DNA of 63,322 bases, the filler included, from Olpidium bornovanus S191 (lineage: Eukaryota > Fungi > Olpidiomycota), in the NCBI GenBank assembly GCA_017911155.1. It is 27 parts of 27 records of this genome, joined end to end, with 100 filler letters (N's around TTAATTAATTAA, not from the genome) between each part and the next. Parts side by side here need not be neighbours in the genome. Positions count along the whole stretch, not along the records: positions 56,648 to 62,139 come from JAEFCI010011990.1; positions 62,240 to 63,322 come from JAEFCI010010884.1; 25 more parts are not named here. One strand, written 5' to 3'. The notes below the pieces were generated by a model. The model saw nothing but the letters and a program-made list of their open reading frames with translations, made no database searches and was not told the origin of the DNA. A program made the translations under genes and the position numbers. Every line of letters begins with the position of its first letter. The stretch's first letter is position 1. Of the stretch, positions 60,533-63,322 are shown in pieces.

Positions 60533-61360
60533 TCAATTCAGGGAAGTGGACTAAAACTACAGGGGCAAGGGCGTGTCAGAACGGTGAGCAACGGCTTGAG
60601 GGACTGGCTGCAAAAAACAGAACCAGGATAGCTTTCATGGATGCCTGCTAATCAGGTTTTTCACCGCTTAGTACATGTACAGTCTCAATTCAGGACTTGA
60701 ATTGAACCCCCCCAGTGAAGTGGACCAAAGCTGCAGGGGCAAGGGCGTGCCAGAACGGTGAGCAACGGCATGAGGGACTGGCTGCAAAAAGCAGAACCAG
60801 GATAGCCCGTTCAAGTGCTACGGAGGCACAACTCGTCGTGGTGCTTTCCAGCTGCACGTCCAACTGCACTGGGAGAGCCAATTGCTTCGGCACGACCAGT
60901 GTTCGCACCTGGGCCAACAGTCTCTCAGCGAGAGTCGAGACAGCCTGTTTCCTCTACCTGTCACTGTGAAAGCATGTCACTGTGAAAGCATGTTAACGTG
61001 AGAACGTGTGAATGTGAGAACGTGAAAGCGTGTGAATGTGAGAACAAGTCACTGTGAAAGCATGTCACTGTGAAAGCATGTTAACGTGAGAACGTGTGAA
61101 TGCGAGAAAATGTCACTGTGAAAGCATGTTAACGTGAAAAACCAGGATAGCTTTCATGGATGCCTGCTAACCGGGTTTTCCACCGCTTAGTACTTGTTCA
61201 GGCTCAATTGAGGACTTGAATTGAACCACCCAGCGAAGTGGACCAAAGGTGCAGGGGCAAGAGCGTGTTAGAAAGGTGAGCAACCGTTTGAGGGACTGGC
61301 CATAAAACCCAGAGCCAGGATAGCTTTCATGAAAGCCGAGCTAACCAGGTTTTCTACCGT
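60533..61360. repeat. Diverged ~150-175-bp satellite, three units (starting ~60533, 60685, 61204); the second unit is interrupted
   Basis: Shared blocks TCAATT(C/G)AGG, AAGTGGAC, CAGGGGCAAG, GGTGAGCAAC, GAGGGACTGGC and CCAGGATAGCTTTCATG. Confidence 0.92.
60807..61139 (+). mobile_element. 333-bp insertion with 16-bp-repeat tail, flanked by a 12-bp target-site-like duplication AACCAGGATAGC
   Basis: The 12-mer lies at 60795-60806 and 61140-61151, whereas uninterrupted satellite unit 1 has it once. Confidence 0.65.
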
Positions 61361-62671
61361 TGGCGGCAGCCTTGGTGACCATGGCGGCATGGTGACCATG
61401 GCGAACTGACAATTCTTTCTTCTCTCCTTTCTTCTCTCTTTCCTCTCTCCTTCCTTCTTCTGTGCACGCGCAGCTTTTCAGGTTTTTACTGTTCTGGTTT
61501 TATGTTCCGGGTTTCCGGCTTCGGGTTCCCGGTTTCGAGTTTCGCGTTTTGGGGTTCAGGGTGCGTGTTTCGGTCGCTTGTTTGGTGACGTGCAAATTTG
61601 TTTTTTGCACGTGGAATCTTCTTTTTTTTTGCGGCGTGCGAATCTTCTTTTTTCTTGCGACGTGCGCTCTTACCGTTATGCTGAAATTATGTATTTCCCA
61701 GATTTTCCGCATAACGGTGCGAGGAAACCCCTTCAAAATTAATGAATCTCCCAAATTTTCGGCATAACGGTACGAGCCTTTTTTGCTATGTGCGAATTTT
61801 CCTTTTTTGCGACGTGCGAAATTAATGTAAATTCCTAAATTTTCAGCATAACCTGGAGGGATGATCCAAGCGCCAGGGTGCCAAGTCCCACCTAGGATCA
61901 GCCAAGGAAGAGGTCTTACGAGCAAAGGGACTTCGTGAGTGGCAGCCATTAAACATACTTTTTTGGGTTTTAGTTTATGCGACACTGATATTTCTGATGT
62001 AACCAGGATGCAGCACTGCATTACGGGTGGGCAGTGCCTGCCGGGGGAAACACCCTGTTGGGGGAACGTGCAGTCCCACAACAGTACATGGAAATCAAGA
62101 AGTATGTCCGGGAAGTGTTGTTTATTGTTTCGCGGCGGGNNNNNNNNNNNNNNNNNNNNNNNNNNNNNNNNNNNNNNNNNNNNTTAATTAATTAANNNNN
62201 NNNNNNNNNNNNNNNNNNNNNNNNNNNNNNNNNNNNNNNCATGACTAAATTGGGGAGGAGGGGGACTGTGCGGACCCGCGGCAGGGCCGCCGTACTGATA
62301 CGCGAAGGCAACTCCCCTCCGCCCTGCCGGCGCCACCCATCCCCTCCGTTCGGAGGTCCGCCCGCGCTCCCGCGGGTCCCTTCCTCCACAGCGTGTGCCC
62401 AAGGCGCGCCCGGCCGCAGGTCACGTCTATGTTGAACAACCCTGGATTCTTCTCTACAACTCTCGTAAAACCCTTTCAGACTCCAGATCTAGAGCCAGCC
62501 AAAATCCAGAGCTAGAACCCGTGAATACAAATCTCCAGATTGCGCTGAGCGCAGATTGAATGCTTCACTTGTTACAGGCCCCTCTCCGAAGAAAACCGAT
62601 TCCCAGCGCTCGCGTCTGTTTTGATCGTCTTTTCAGCGAGGACAGGGGGGTTTTTTTGACCTTGACGCGGC

Positions 62672-62760
62672 TTAACCGCGTGTTTTCGACGGTCCTAATG
62701 ACGAGGACCAGCGGGCATCAGGGATCATATGTCTTGTTGCTCCGCTGTCCGTGGTTAATT
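62672..62760 (-). mobile_element. Ty1/copia protease remnant
   Basis: DSGATRHMIPDARWSSSLGP matches the copia DSGA..HM...(W/F)..L.P block and is followed by a stop. Confidence 0.7.
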
Positions 62761-63322
62761 GTTCCCGCCTTTCTTCGACTTTTGCGGCCCCATTAAAAGG
62801 TTCCTCGCCACCTTCCATGACACGAATTGCGCAGGCAGCTTGGAAGCCCGACTCCATTGGTTTCTCCGGCGGTTGCGCCCGGTGCGGCGGCGCCGTTCCT
62901 TCTTGCCCGTCTCCCTCTTCGGGAGGGCGACGGTTGCGGGCCACATGTCCTTTCGTGGCCACAATTTTTTGAATTTTCAGTTTTGCATTTGCGGTTGTCC
63001 TCCCTCCACAGTCGACCCCGGGTAAATTCACGGAAAGAAGAGGGAACACAATAAAAAAAAATTGGCGGGCGCAGAGAGAAGGTGTGCGTTTCCCCGCCCG
63101 GGGCTCTTTTTCCGGACCCGGACCCTTTTTACTTTTTTTTGGCCCCGCTTCTTTTCCGTCACGCCGCCGCCCTCTTTCCTTTCCACCCATCAGGGGCGTG
63201 GCATGCCACACACGCACACGCTTACACGCTTACACGCACACCCCCTGTCTGGTTTCGAGCCGGACGCTACCCGCGGCTCCCCGTGACCTCCGCGTGGACG
63301 GATCCGCGACGGTGGGCCGCTC

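Noticed and set aside
59791-60651. ORFs with repeated peptides (GGHRAAT)n and (RRRPVCP)n
   Set aside because: They are translations of GC-rich minisatellites with no support as genes.
60810-60960. Minus-strand peptide STLAERLLAQVRTLVVPKQLALPVQL as a non-LTR RT fragment
   Set aside because: The resemblance is too weak, and its orientation is opposite to the repeat tail on the plus strand.

Overview
This window is not one locus. It is 27 short contigs (about 1-5.5 kb each) joined by 100-nt artificial linkers (N-run + TTAATTAATTAA + N-run), so neighbours across linkers are not physically linked and ORFs ending in XXX/LIN are artefacts. The DNA is GC-rich, intron-dense and eukaryotic. Fungal-type genes (Gde1, Hir3-like, Kel1/Tea1-like, hevein/CBM18 GPI protein, hybrid histidine kinase) occur together with a CFAP157-like flagellar gene, which points to a zoosporic early-diverging fungus (Olpidium-like is a guess). 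Other recognisable, mostly partial genes: Rrp41, Atg4, NC2-beta, a Rho GTPase, a DH-domain RhoGEF, an Ede1/Eps15-type UBA tail, a DUF1647-like glycosyltransferase, an intron-containing LolD/FtsE-like ABC ATPase and a TM-CHASE-TM receptor. There are also pogo, copia and Ty3/gypsy remnants and a complex satellite region (59-62 kb). Best leads: (1) the CHASE sensor; (2) a 333-bp insert with a 16-bp-repeat tail and an exact 12-bp flanking duplication inside a ~170-bp satellite; (3) the bacterial-type ABC ATPase with a GC-AG intron; (4) strong enrichment of CATG at contig ends. All identifications come from motif recognition by eye; no database search was run.
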